The notes beneath the pieces were generated by a model. The model was not told the DNA's origin. It was given only the letters and a program-made list of their open reading frames with translations, and made no database searches. The position numbers and the translations under genes were made by a program. A DNA stretch of 63,585 nt, counting the filler, from Salisapilia sapeloensis CBS 127946 (lineage: Eukaryota; Protista; Oomycota), in assembly GCA_023334545.1 (NCBI GenBank). It is 13 parts of 13 records of this genome, joined end to end, with 100 filler letters (N's around TTAATTAATTAA, not from the genome) between each part and the next. Parts side by side here need not be neighbours in the genome. Positions count along the whole stretch, not along the records: positions 1 to 11,084 come from JAADVB010000437.1; 12 more parts are not named here. One strand, given 5' to 3'. Below, piece by piece: positions 1 through 11,084 of the stretch (position 1 is the stretch's first letter; every line of letters starts with the position of its first letter).

Positions 1-345
1 TCCTTATCGCTCACTGCTATCTGGTAACCCGCTGCGCTCGTACGACTGAGGTGGAGGAAGGAGTAGCGCAGTACAATGCCAAAACCAAAGGAAGGACAAG
101 TGGAGGAAGAGTTTGACTAGTAGAGCGTAATGCTGGAGATGTCTCTGGACTGTAGGTTAAAAAAGAGTTACTTTTCACATGCGCTGTAGACACCTGGACA
201 AAGAAAGCTCACTATGAACACTACGCTGTTCAATTTTAATTGAGGGACATTGACACCGAGCTCCTACAGGTATTTATGTCCGTCCAGGCATAAGCTAGTC
301 GTACGCATTCAGCTCTCGAGTATGATAAAAACTTGCCAAAAAAGA

Positions 346-418
346 AGTCCTCGACGGGATTCGAACCCGCAATCTCCCGCTTCGTAGGCGGATGCCTTAT
401 CCGTTGGGCCACGAAGAC
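346..418 (-). tRNA. tRNA-Arg (anticodon ACG)
   Basis: Reverse complement GTCTTCGTGGCCCAACGGATAAGGCATCCGCCTACGAAGCGGGAGATTGCGGGTTCGAATCCCGTCGAGGACT. Acceptor stem GTCTTCG/CGAGGAC, anticodon loop CT-ACG-AA, TTCGAAT T-loop, followed by a T-run (Pol III terminator). Confidence 0.95.
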
Positions 419-921
419 TTGTTATGAGTTTCTCAACTTGTTAATATACAAAATATTCTATGAAGAATGTATTCAAAACTGTGACTAGAATGTGAGCAAG
501 ATTAGCTTTTGAATCGTTTAGACTTACGAGGAAGAACTCGTGCCTAACTCCTCTTCTTGCAATGTATATGTCTTCTTCGATGCAAATATGAAGCACCATG
601 TCTGTTGATTTCGATCAACTGAAAGCTTGCTTCCTACTTTACGTTCTATTTCCGGAAATCCTCTATAGCAACATGTAAATCATCCAACAGCCTCTTCAAC
701 TATTAAAATAAGCTCAGCAAACACACCTAGCTGCTCTATAGGGAGTGTGAGGATACGATAAGTCTTGTGTTCTTTGTGGATACTTTCGTGCAATCTCCTA
801 ATACATTTCTAGCTCCATAATTACTTTATCATTCGACTCTTCTTTCTATTCTATTTCTCCTTCATTTGACCCTACAATTCGAAGCGTCGTTTTCCAAGAG
901 ACTCGTAAAGCGACAGGCATC

Positions 922-3880
922 ATGCGTTCCATTGCGAGAGAAGACGTCGACCAGCTATTCCACGTTTATCTTCATACGACCAATGATCACGTGAAGCAAC
1001 GTTTAGTATCCTCTGTCCTCGTGCAAAAGAATCTAGCCATCTCGAGTTTGCACAAGCATGTCTTTTCGACGCAAAGTCGTCGTCATAAAACGTACATCTT
1101 GATCCTCGGTGCCGACTTGGCATCTCCTGACGCATCTGGATGTTTGTATTATGTCGCCATCACACATGCTCTCGAGATGGAAGTTCGACAAACATGGACT
1201 TTAGACCAAAGGCTCGTGATGGAAAACTTTGTGCATACCGATCGAAGCTTTTGGCTTCAATTTGAAAAGGAAGAGATGCCACATAAGTGGGTACTAGACG
1301 ACATGGAGCGTGTAGAAGTCGTAGCAGAGTTTCTAGATAATGTCGAAAAGGCTTCATCGAAGCTTTACGTAAGGTTATGCATTCGATATATATATTGAGA
1401 GTGAGACTAATTCAGAGATAGCAGGACACTTCTGGAAAAGATACTGGTGGCATTGGATTGTATCCAAGTTACCAGGAGGTACTAGTCTAGCTTTGTAGCT
1501 ATCATGCTGTACTTTTGACGCTAAATGTAGATAGCAGGAAGTTTATCTCCATGCCGTAAAACCCAAGTGTCGAGTCAGTCGATTGAAAGTATCGACAAAT
1601 CAGCGTTATCTCTTCTTTCTACTATCGACTTTAGGCACGAGACACTCGGTGATGTCCAATCTAGACTGCGCAACCAACTGCGTACGTCCGAGGATAAACT
1701 TATACCTTTATTAGATCAGTTGGAACAACCGAGTTCATCTGTAAAATCGTCTGAAAAAGGCTTGGCAACGTCCATCGACGATCTCCTTTTAGATTTACAC
1801 GATCTGGAAACTTGGACTGAGGTGGCTGCAGACTGCTTCGAACAGACTGCTGCTGGTGTTCGGCACTTTGAGAAGTTGAATACCGACCTAGAAATCACGT
1901 TTCGGAATACAGGTCGACTGCGTGATACATTAGAGAAGCTATTCGCATCCGTTGAACTAAAGGGAAAGGATAAAGAGACATTGGCGCAAGGCACGGATGT
2001 ATTTCCACGTGAAGAGCATCAAGCTGCTTTTGATAGTCTCGTCCAAGCTCTTCTGAACTTGTCACTTGCGTCAACGTCCGCTACGAGCTTTCCTGCGTCT
2101 GAGATGGAAGGCTTCAGTCCTTGTCGCCAGGAGCTCCAGAAGCTCGCGACATATGCTTCCGATAAGCTGTGCACATCGTTCGACTTGTTCCTCCAGCACC
2201 TCTTTCGAGACTGGGCTGCCACACAGCCAGCGCTCAAGACTAGTGCTGTGCGTCGGGAAGAAAGCACACTGCATTTCTACGACTCTCTTTCCTCTCTTTC
2301 TCTCTCGCCTAGCGTGAAGAAAGGGTTTTTCAGCAAGAAAGACAAAATATCTGGACTAGATACCTCTGCATTTAGTCGCAGCCGAGCTTCGGCTAGCAGC
2401 GTGGAGGCGACACTACCGACGGAAGTCGACTGGGACTTGTCGCTAGAAGCGATTCACACCCAGTTGATCGGTTCACATGGTATGATGGATGCTGTGAACA
2501 AGCTGCAGGCTAAAGCAGGCCAGCGCATACGGAACTTGTATGTCTTCCAAGTAGCTACGTTTGCTTATAACCCATATACGAATGCTATCTTGCAAAGTTT
2601 AAAGAAAGGTGTGTCGAAAGCACCACGGCAGTCGATGGTAGCACCACCGATGCTTCGTTCCTTTGGTTCTAAAATGCCACCACCGACAGCGGTTGAACGT
2701 ACGCATGTACTTGGGCCTCCACTGGAGAAATATCTCCGACATCTCCAGGAAATAATGGAAAAGGAGGAAGCATTTCTGTCCGAGATGTTCCAAGAGAATG
2801 CCAATGGGATGCTCGAGCAGGTCTTTGAGAAAGTAGAGAAGCGACTGCAAGAATTTGTCGAGACATCGATTAAACGCGTGGAACAGGCAGTTAGTTTGTC
2901 GGTAACTCTATCCAACTTGCTGAAGGAGTTGGAAGGTGAGAAAGGAGCCATTTGGATGGTAGTCGCCAAGATGCGGCTGCAGGTTAAGCGTCTCGCTATC
3001 AAGTTTGCGGATGAACAAGAGTCATGGCTTCATAGTCAACGTGTGGACACTCGGATGGCCGGTGTGTTATCACCAATCAAGAGCATCATGGTACTAGTAT
3101 CAGAGGAAATAGATATGTAGAGAGGGTACTTATGCAGACGCATGTAGGATCTCATCGAGCGATTGGAGATGAGTGCCGGAAGTGAGACGCACGACTCGAG
3201 TCTCTTTTACTTTTACCATTGCATGCTCCCTTTGTGCATGTCGTGGCTGGAGCAAACGGCCAATGCCAAAGCCAAGTACTCTTCCCTCACTAAACTAGGT
3301 AGAGAAATTACTTCTTAGTGTTTCTAGGACGACTATAACCGCTTTGTATGGACAGAGAACTACTTGTACATGAGCAATCGACTGGAAGAGTTAAATGCAA
3401 CTGTTGATCTGCCTCTCATGCACTACGCGATGGAAGCCAAGGAACAGTATCTGATAAATCGACAGCTCTATGTGCTTTACATTTGGGAGTACGAGCATGA
3501 TCAAGTGGAGAAAGCGATCAAGTCGCTACTTCATCTCAAAGCGACACTTGCACCGATGGATATGCATAACTCGGCTGCATTTCGAGACGCCCGCGCTCCA
3601 TTCTTTTCCATCTCGTCCACCGTAAGCCTTCTTTTAGAAGTACATGGGAATGATGATATAAATTTATTTGTTCTAGTCGAGCAAGAAGATGCATGATCGA
3701 ATGAAGAAACACTTTAGTTCGAATCCAAGCATCGTATCGGAAGTATGGCCGTACTTGATCGACCATGCGACAGCCAAGCTAGAGCAGTACGACCAGATCG
3801 TTCAGGACTATTACCAGTCTTGCATCGAAGACCAGGTACGTAGTCTCATGAAAGGCTTGGAGCAATACAGGAACAAGTAA
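922..3880 (+). CDS. SEC3: Exocyst complex component Sec3 (EXOC1), multi-exon
   Basis: N-terminal PH-like segment (922-1398), long helical body (1567-3120), and C-terminal exons with Sec3-like motifs (AGVLSPI...; RMKKHFSSNPSIVSEVW...YDQIVQDYY). Exons are separated by short GT-AG introns. Confidence 0.75.
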
Positions 3881-4076
3881 GAGGAAAGAGGAAAGAAATG
3901 GATTGGCATTCGTTATTGACGTTTCTTGTCTTGTGTCTCCATGCTGCTTGATGGAGCAGGTGGGAAGGTCCAGATGAAGAAAGATAGAGCGTGAGTAGGC
4001 AAGTAGACGAACAGCAAGTATGGGAGTGCTAGATCATTCATGCCAAGTGCGAATCGATCGACGACTGTCGTTAGAA

Positions 4077-6030
4077 CTAGAAGGAGGTTAGAAGCTCATC
4101 CGAATGGCGAGTAGGATGGCATGTACCTTGCATCTTGAAGAAGGCATCACATGCGAGTAGAAGGATAGGAGAAGAGAGGAGCATCCATACTCCAGTACCA
4201 ACGTTCTTGGTAGTGGAGGCACTGGATACCGGCTCGATGAGAGCAAAGAAGGCCATGGGGAAGGCACACATGAGTGCAAGTGGGTAGTTGAGGACGCCTA
4301 GTAAACAATGAGCGATCCTGTGCATACGTGTTAGTGGTGTATCCTTGTCTACTCTAGCTAGAAACATACAACAAGATAGTCATGACAAGACTCTTTATCG
4401 CTTTCCATCCGCTATCTCCTTCGTAGACACCATCCTCCCTCTGCTCCTTCCCGTTGGAGATGCATCCGGCAAGGACAGGTACTTGCAACAGCTTCGGGAG
4501 CATCGCATAGCGGATGATAGCGAGGACAAGAACGTATCCGACAGTCAGACCGAGCCACAAGTCGGTCAGCTCAAGGGAAATGGACGCAACTATCCACATA
4601 GACGCAAGCGCTAGGACGCTGGTGGTACCTACGACCGCTGCGAAGGCTAATCGAAGGCCGTAGGTACGCGAGAGGATGGTGAGCAACTGAGCGATGGCAG
4701 GAGACAAGGCAATGGGAACGTTATAGTAGTACTCTCCGACGGACACAAAGGTCCTAGGTGTCGGGAGGACGTAGAGGTTATACGATCTATACATCTTTTG
4801 TTCCAAGTTGCTCATGGCACGCACCATGAACTCCGTGGTTCGCATCAAAGGCCTAGCGCTTTTATCACCGACAAGTGTGATGGACTCGATGTTATATCCA
4901 AGGAAGGCAGCATGTAGACCGGATGGACCGTCTAAGATGGCGGCCATGAACCGGAACATACCGACTAGTTGATGCATATACATGTGGACACTTTGTGGAA
5001 GTAGGTTGGTCAGATAGGAAAAGATGGGGACGATGACGGTCCCGGCAAAGGGTTCGATGACCATCGTCGTCCTGTCTCGTCTGCCAGCATGGATGGCAAC
5101 ATTGACCAGGTCCAAATTTGGGAGCAAGCCGTTCGTTCCTGCGACCTTGAGACCGATCGCTCTGGACATTTGGGACGATTCAAGACTAAAAGCAGCACGT
5201 ATGACACCAGCATGCATCGGTAGTGTCGACGTGGAAGACGTGAATGGATCGGCGTGGTACGCATGTAGCCACTTGTTGGCGCCATGTAGGTCTAGTGGGT
5301 GTCTGGTCATCCGAGGGATTTAGGATATGGAAACTTTGGACGTACCGTCCGTGCAGAGGAAGATGACGTCTTTGGCAAGCCATCGGACGGATGAAAGGTA
5401 TCGTAGCATTTCGATACCAACAGAGATACCAGAATACTCGTGACGATGGTATACATGGTCCTGATATTGTGCTACGAGAGCCATGGATTCCTATGACAAT
5501 ATAAAGATTTGTACGGAGCATCAGAGGGCGGATGGAAGTGGTACTTTGCCGTCTGCCAGAGGAGATGCTCGTAGGATGGCGTAGACATTGGTTCGATTAC
5601 TAGGTAATTGCTGACGATAGACTTGTACTCGAGGTATTTGTTCGAGCTGCAGCTGAATCCAATCTAGCAGCTCTGGACAGTCGCTGCTGTCAACACAGCC
5701 ATCGGATGGTTCGATCCTTCGCCATGATTGCTGTCTCTTTCTTATATTCGCCACCTGTAGGTCGTGATATGGATATCAATGTCATAAGGCGTGAACAAGA
5801 GATGCTAGTACTTGTGTTTTATCAGCTTTGGGCACAATATGGGCAACGAGGAGGGCATTCTCGGATATATATGTGCCACGGCACTTGAGTTCTCCTGTGG
5901 TTTTATCGTTACTAGGGTGTTGTAGGACAAGAAAAGAGGTCGTAAACGTGCCTGTGGTGACAGATACGATAGGATGCAGGAGCAGCCAGACGATCGCCAC
6001 AGCATACGCGGCCCAACTATAGATATGCAT
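4077..6030 (-). CDS. GAA1: GPI transamidase subunit Gaa1, multi-exon
   Basis: N-terminal TM helix followed by RGTYISENALL, the hallmark of Gaa1. Luminal domain ends in RSYNLYVLPTPRTFVSVGEY, followed by several C-terminal TM helices. The exact start is uncertain (a 1-codon exon at ~6077-6079 is possible). Confidence 0.85.
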
Positions 6031-6105
6031 ATTCTAAGACGCTAGATAGGATATTGGGGTACTAGGGATCTCGTACCATAGTACAAGTGCTCGTTGGGAC
6101 ACGAA

Positions 6106-7068
6106 ATGGAGGAGCCGAGCGCCGAGCTTGGGTCGCGACGTCGACGTCATGATGATATTATGATGGCATTTTATAGAAACAAGATGGAGGGGGAGTACGA
6201 GGCCAAGCGCCGGCGGCGCATCCAGGAGAACCAGGACAAGCTACGCGCTCTGGGCATTACGCCTGGCGAGAACAACCAGTCGCTAAAGCCTCAGCGCTCT
6301 TCTGGACGAAAACGAGCGGTAGAAAGCATCTCTGAGCCGCTAGTTCCAACGAGACGGTCTCGACGGCTGCGAGAGAAACCGGTGGAGGAGGCAGGTAGTG
6401 AGGAGGATCTTGTAGAGGAGATAGAACATAGACCTGTAAAACGTGTTAAGGAAGTAGTGACGCTTGATCTACCAGTTGCATCAATCGATGTGAACGATCG
6501 GAAGCCACTAGCATCGAGCATGGGGCTTTCGATTGATGTAGAGAGCTTCCATTCGGACTTGTTAGGGAAGCAATTGCTACCTAGTGGCAAGTATACGCCT
6601 ATGAAAGCCATGTGTCCATCGACTCATTCGCCTAAATTCAGTCGCATGAGTGGCATACAGCCATGGGCGAATGCCTTGGCACTCTTTGTCAATATCGATA
6701 GCGAGAGCTATGACAATGGTTTTCATCAAGTGGAGCATACGCCTAGTGTCTACTTCCGCTGGTTTGCACAACAGCGACAGCATGACGAGAGTCCGATCAT
6801 TCGTCGACTCTGTGATGCTGTACGTGGCGATCGAGCTCTTGCACTCGACATCGATACGTACGATGCGAGTGTAGAGAAAGAAAAGAGAGAAGACGTGCTT
6901 TTATTCATTCGATATGACCAAGGACCGTACATCTACCTCGGCCGTCTAGGTTATCTAGGCCACCTCCGAGCGAAACGGCCGCTGGAGTTCCGATGGCAGC
7001 TCCAGGACGCCGAGTCGATCGACTGGACGCATGTGCCGCTACCTCTCTCGACCATCGAAGATGGATGA
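6106..7068 (+). CDS. Uncharacterised nuclear-type protein: N-terminal EYExKRxxRIxENxxKLxALG helix, basic region, C-terminal DUF3427/SRA(PUA)-like domain
   Basis: Intronless 324-aa ORF. The C-terminal pattern SGIQPWANALALFVN..YDNGF..FRWF..SPIIRRL..VLLFIR..PYIYLGRL..PLEFRWQL resembles DUF3427-type PUA-fold domains (recognised by eye). Confidence 0.7.
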   Translation: MEEPSAELGSRRRRHDDIMMAFYRNKMEGEYEAKRRRRIQENQDKLRALGITPGENNQSLKPQRSSGRKRAVESISEPLVPTRRSRRLREKPVEEAGSEEDLVEEIEHRPVKRVKEVVTLDLPVASIDVNDRKPLASSMGLSIDVESFHSDLLGKQLLPSGKYTPMKAMCPSTHSPKFSRMSGIQPWANALALFVNIDSESYDNGFHQVEHTPSVYFRWFAQQRQHDESPIIRRLCDAVRGDRALALDIDTYDASVEKEKREDVLLFIRYDQGPYIYLGRLGYLGHLRAKRPLEFRWQLQDAESIDWTHVPLPLSTIEDG

Positions 7069-7116
7069 TTACTGAAGTTGTCTAGAAGTTGTAGTCAGAT
7101 CAATAGAAGAACTCTC

Positions 7117-7260
7117 TGATTGGCTGGTCTTGTAATCTACTTGCACCCTGTGCCACAACCATATAATTCCGCCTTGTGATTGGCTACTTTAGTAATCTAC
7201 TTGCATCCTTCGTCATAACATTCTATATGACAGTACGCTGTTGGCCTCTATGATTGGATA
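7117..7260 (+). promoter_or_regulatory. Tandem ~60-bp promoter duplication with CCAAT boxes upstream of the PAPS synthase gene
   Basis: TGATTGGCT at 7117 and 7177, each followed by GTAATCTACTTGCA(C/T)CC, an exact 60-nt period. A third TGATTGG lies at 7251. TGATTGG is the reverse CCAAT box common in oomycete promoters. Confidence 0.75.
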
Positions 7261-7340
7261 TCGTATATATCGCGTATACCGGTCTCTCCTCGCCATCAGC
7301 CTGGACATCATAATCGATTTCGCTCGGATCGAGTTACAAG

Positions 7341-10300
7341 ATGAGCGAACCGCTTTATGCTTCCGTGAAGCAAGATGAGCTCGAAGCTGGCGATAATAAC
7401 AGTATGCTCTTCAGCCAAGGTCCAGATGCCCATCCTCGGCGAGATTTCTATAAAAAATTATTCACGGCCGTCTTAATCGTTCTACCCTACCTTCTCCTCA
7501 TCTCGGTCTACGTTGGCGATGGTGGACCACCAGCAATCATTGTCGATGGCAATGTCTCCGATATCACGACAGACGAGTTCTGTGCCGACATGAGACTTTC
7601 GAAATTAAATATCGAACGAAATGTCTACTATGACTCGTCCGTCATGACACGTCCACAGCGGTATGCTGCTTTGCAGCAGAAAGGAGCGACGTTATGGTTT
7701 ACTGGTCTCTCGGGTAGTGGCAAGAGTACGGTCGGTCGAGCAGTCGAAGAAGAGCTTTTGCGTCGTCGCCATCACGTCTATCGCTTAGACGGAGATAACG
7801 TCCGCATCGGTTTGAATCGTGATCTCGGCTTCTCGGAGGCTGATCGAGCGGAGAGTGTCCGTCGCGTAGGTGAGATGTCTGCTCTCTTCTCTGAGGCTGG
7901 TGTCATCACCCTCGTGGCTCTCGTCTCACCATTCCGTGAACGTCGTGATGAAGTCCGGAAACTGCATGAAGAGATGGGCATTCCGTTCTATGAAGTCTTT
8001 GTGGACGTCTCGGTGGACGTCGCGGCTGAGCGAGACGTCAAGGGTCTCTACGCGCGTGCGATGAAGGGCGAGATCAAGGACTTTACCGGCATCTCGTCGC
8101 CTTATGAAGCTCCGATCGACCCCGAGATCCATCTGGACGCTTCGAACGGGACGTTACAGGAGGAAGTGGACCAGATCATCAAGACACTGGAGGACGCTGG
8201 TCTCCTCTCGGGTGTCCACAAGCTACCAAAGGGATACCCAGGTGTCCAAGTCGCGGATGGCGGCAATGGCGTCGAGGACTTTGATACGTTCTACCCTGAT
8301 ACACCTGTTTCGCAACAAGTGTCCTCTAATCTCCCACGTGTCCTCCTACGCGATGAGGACGTCCACTGGGTCCAAGTGCTTGGCGAAGGCTGGGCATCTC
8401 CTCTCCGAGGTTTCATGCGTGAAGGCGCGTACCTCCAGTCGCTCCACTTTAGTAGCGTCCTCTTCGATGCGGACAATCTGACCAACAGTGAGTTGGACAT
8501 GCATGCACCGACGGACTTTAGCCAGTATGACACATCGAGTGTCTCGAAAGGAGTCCGAGTGAATATGCCAGTACCAATCGTCCTCCCGATTAACGACGCG
8601 ACGCGGAGGTTGATCGGAAGTAGCAAGCAAGTGGTGCTTGTGAGTCCAGCAGGAGAAGAACTAGCGATTCTCAAGGATCCTGAAGTGTATGATCATCGCA
8701 AGGAAGAGCGTATTACACGTACCTTTGGTGCTGTCGACAATGGTCATCCGTACATTGAAGAGATTTTAAAGTCAGGCGAGTACTTGTTAGGTGGTGAGAT
8801 TACGCTCTTGAAACGCATCGAGTATCATGATGATCTTGATGAGTATCGTCTGACACCGCATGAGCTACGAGAAAAGTTTGACGAGATGGACGCAGATGTC
8901 GTGTTGGCGTTCCAGACGCGGAACCCGACGCATGCTGGACATGCGTACTTGATGAACAATGCACGAGAGCAGTTGCTCGCGAAAGGGTATAAGAACCCGG
9001 TGCTATGGTTGTCCCCTCTCGGTGGATGGACCAAGGAAGATGATGTGCCGCTTGATGTGCGTGTGAAGCAGCATGAAGCGATCTTACGGGATGGCATGTT
9101 GGATAAGGCGAGTACGGTGATGGCGATCTGGCCGTCGCCGATGATTTATGCTGGCCCGAGGGAAGTGCAGTGGCATGCCAAGAGTCGGAAGAATGCTGGT
9201 GCAAGTTTCTTTGTCGTGGGGCGAGATCCTGCTGGTGTCAAGCGCTCGGATGGTGACCAAGATGACTTGTATGATGCGGATCATGGACGATATGTCCTTC
9301 ACCTAGCCCCTGGGATGGAGGACTTTAAGATCCTGTCGTTCAGCAAAGTCTTTTACGACGTGACGGACCATCAGATGAAGCCGATGGACGAGAGTCGCAA
9401 GGACGACTTTTTGTCCATCTCTGGCAGTCGGATGCGACAGATGGCACGAGATGGACTGGAAAAGTGTCCAGGAGACAAGATCCCGAGTGGGTGGGAGCAG
9501 AAGCCGACGTGTGTGCCGCAAGGATTTATGGTCAAGAGCGGATGGGACCTCATGATTGACTATTATCAGAACCAAGAGAGTGCGCGATGGATTCCATTCG
9601 CGACACAATTCGGGACACCCGAGGTGGACACTTCTAGACAATTCGATCAAGTCGGGACGTTTGGCAAGACGGATTATCAGCTCTACTTTAAGAACGACGA
9701 GGGAGAACGGATTAGTCCGTGGCATGACATTCCGCTCTATGACGAGTCGAGTGTCCACGAGGACGCTTTGAACTTTATCGTGGAAATCCCAAAAGGACTT
9801 GCGCACAAGATGGAAGTGAGTAAGGAAGACAAGTTCAATCCGATTATGCAAGACACGACGCATAATGGCACGAGAGGACGAAATTACCTCTACGGCGTCC
9901 CCTTCTTCAACTACGGTCTCTTGCCGCAGACGTGGGAGGACCCGACGATTCAAGATGAGCAAGGGAATGGCGGAGATAACGATCCGCTTGATGTCATGGA
10001 AGTCGGTAGCCAGACGCTTGCGATGGGCAGCGTGAACCCTGTCAAGGTGCTTGGGTCGTTGGAGCTCTTGGATCAAGGCGAGGTGGACCATAAGATCTTG
10101 GCGATCGCGCTGTCGGATCCGGACGCCGATCGGATTAATTCGCTCGACGATCTGGAAAAGGTCAAGCCTGGGCGTGTGGACGAGTTGATCGATTGGTTGC
10201 GCATGTATAAGATTCCGGAAGGGAAGGGCGAGAATGCGTTTTCGCAGGAAGAACCTGCGTCCAAGAAGGAGGCAATGGAGATTGTTGACGCGACACACCG

Positions 10301-10367
10301 TCGGTGGAAACAACTTCGAGCGGGAAATATTCCTGTTAAAGATGAGTTTTACCTCGGTAGCGACTAA
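7341..10367 (+). CDS. PAPSS: Trifunctional PAPS synthase: APS kinase + ATP sulfurylase + inorganic pyrophosphatase, with an N-terminal TM segment
   Basis: APS kinase P-loop WFTGLSGSGKST and LDGDNVR. ATP sulfurylase QTRNPTHAGH and VGRDPAG. Family I PPase ISPWHDIPL, GDNDPLDV, DQGEVDHKILAI. Hydrophobic stretch LFTAVLIVLPYLLLISVYV near the N-terminus. Intronless, 1008 aa. Confidence 0.96.
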   Translation: MSEPLYASVKQDELEAGDNNSMLFSQGPDAHPRRDFYKKLFTAVLIVLPYLLLISVYVGDGGPPAIIVDGNVSDITTDEFCADMRLSKLNIERNVYYDSSVMTRPQRYAALQQKGATLWFTGLSGSGKSTVGRAVEEELLRRRHHVYRLDGDNVRIGLNRDLGFSEADRAESVRRVGEMSALFSEAGVITLVALVSPFRERRDEVRKLHEEMGIPFYEVFVDVSVDVAAERDVKGLYARAMKGEIKDFTGISSPYEAPIDPEIHLDASNGTLQEEVDQIIKTLEDAGLLSGVHKLPKGYPGVQVADGGNGVEDFDTFYPDTPVSQQVSSNLPRVLLRDEDVHWVQVLGEGWASPLRGFMREGAYLQSLHFSSVLFDADNLTNSELDMHAPTDFSQYDTSSVSKGVRVNMPVPIVLPINDATRRLIGSSKQVVLVSPAGEELAILKDPEVYDHRKEERITRTFGAVDNGHPYIEEILKSGEYLLGGEITLLKRIEYHDDLDEYRLTPHELREKFDEMDADVVLAFQTRNPTHAGHAYLMNNAREQLLAKGYKNPVLWLSPLGGWTKEDDVPLDVRVKQHEAILRDGMLDKASTVMAIWPSPMIYAGPREVQWHAKSRKNAGASFFVVGRDPAGVKRSDGDQDDLYDADHGRYVLHLAPGMEDFKILSFSKVFYDVTDHQMKPMDESRKDDFLSISGSRMRQMARDGLEKCPGDKIPSGWEQKPTCVPQGFMVKSGWDLMIDYYQNQESARWIPFATQFGTPEVDTSRQFDQVGTFGKTDYQLYFKNDEGERISPWHDIPLYDESSVHEDALNFIVEIPKGLAHKMEVSKEDKFNPIMQDTTHNGTRGRNYLYGVPFFNYGLLPQTWEDPTIQDEQGNGGDNDPLDVMEVGSQTLAMGSVNPVKVLGSLELLDQGEVDHKILAIALSDPDADRINSLDDLEKVKPGRVDELIDWLRMYKIPEGKGENAFSQEEPASKKEAMEIVDATHRRWKQLRAGNIPVKDEFYLGSD

Positions 10368-11084
10368 GTACATAGTAGGCAGTGCTTTTATTTAGGCGAG
10401 GGAGACGACAGGTTGAACTCGATGAAATACATGAAGCATTATAGACACGTTACTTGTTGGTGTTAGATAGGTTGTTTTTTTGACGTGCTTTTACTTGTCT
10501 GCTGCTAGTGTGTATGGCAGGGTTTGGAAAATCATCATGTAGAATGGATGGATGCTTATGTCTTTGACTTTAACCATAATGGTGCCATTGTTTATTGATG
10601 ATGGATCCGATAAAGCTACTTGGCCGACTTATACCCATGACATAAATTTATATTGACACATAGTTATATGTTGTCTTACAGCTCTCCCAAGGTGACGTTG
10701 TGGAACTTGTCGGTTGCAAATTAGTTCTATGTGATTGAGAGAAGATCGTTCAGTATTCGACCGGCGGCACACTTCCACTCTGATAAAATAGTTATACCAT
10801 GTACGCGCTGAATACCTATTCGGCAGCATTGGAGCTCTACATTTTGTAATTCTATTCGTTATAATCGAATCGGGCAATTCCACGTTCACTGAGGATAGCC
10901 GATTTGATTTACTACTTATCGTTGGAAACCTAATGGAACACTACAAAATAACTTTCTTGCACTATATCGAATGCATAAGCGAGTGTTCTATACTGCCCAT
11001 TGAGATGCGAATTCATATTCTTGGTTTGTCTATGTCTTCGTCTCTAATGCGATTAGGAAGAAAAGATCTTGGAGAAGACTTCAA

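Noticed and set aside
1-240. Possible 3' exons of a gene at the window edge (..VKKELLFTCAVDTWTKKAHYEHYAVQF*)
   Set aside because: Too short and unrecognisable to call.
9303-10373. Long antisense ORFs (e.g. 9303-10373, 57365-58339, 41447-42079, 50784-51365)
   Set aside because: They are shadow frames of GC3-rich real genes and have no recognisable motifs.
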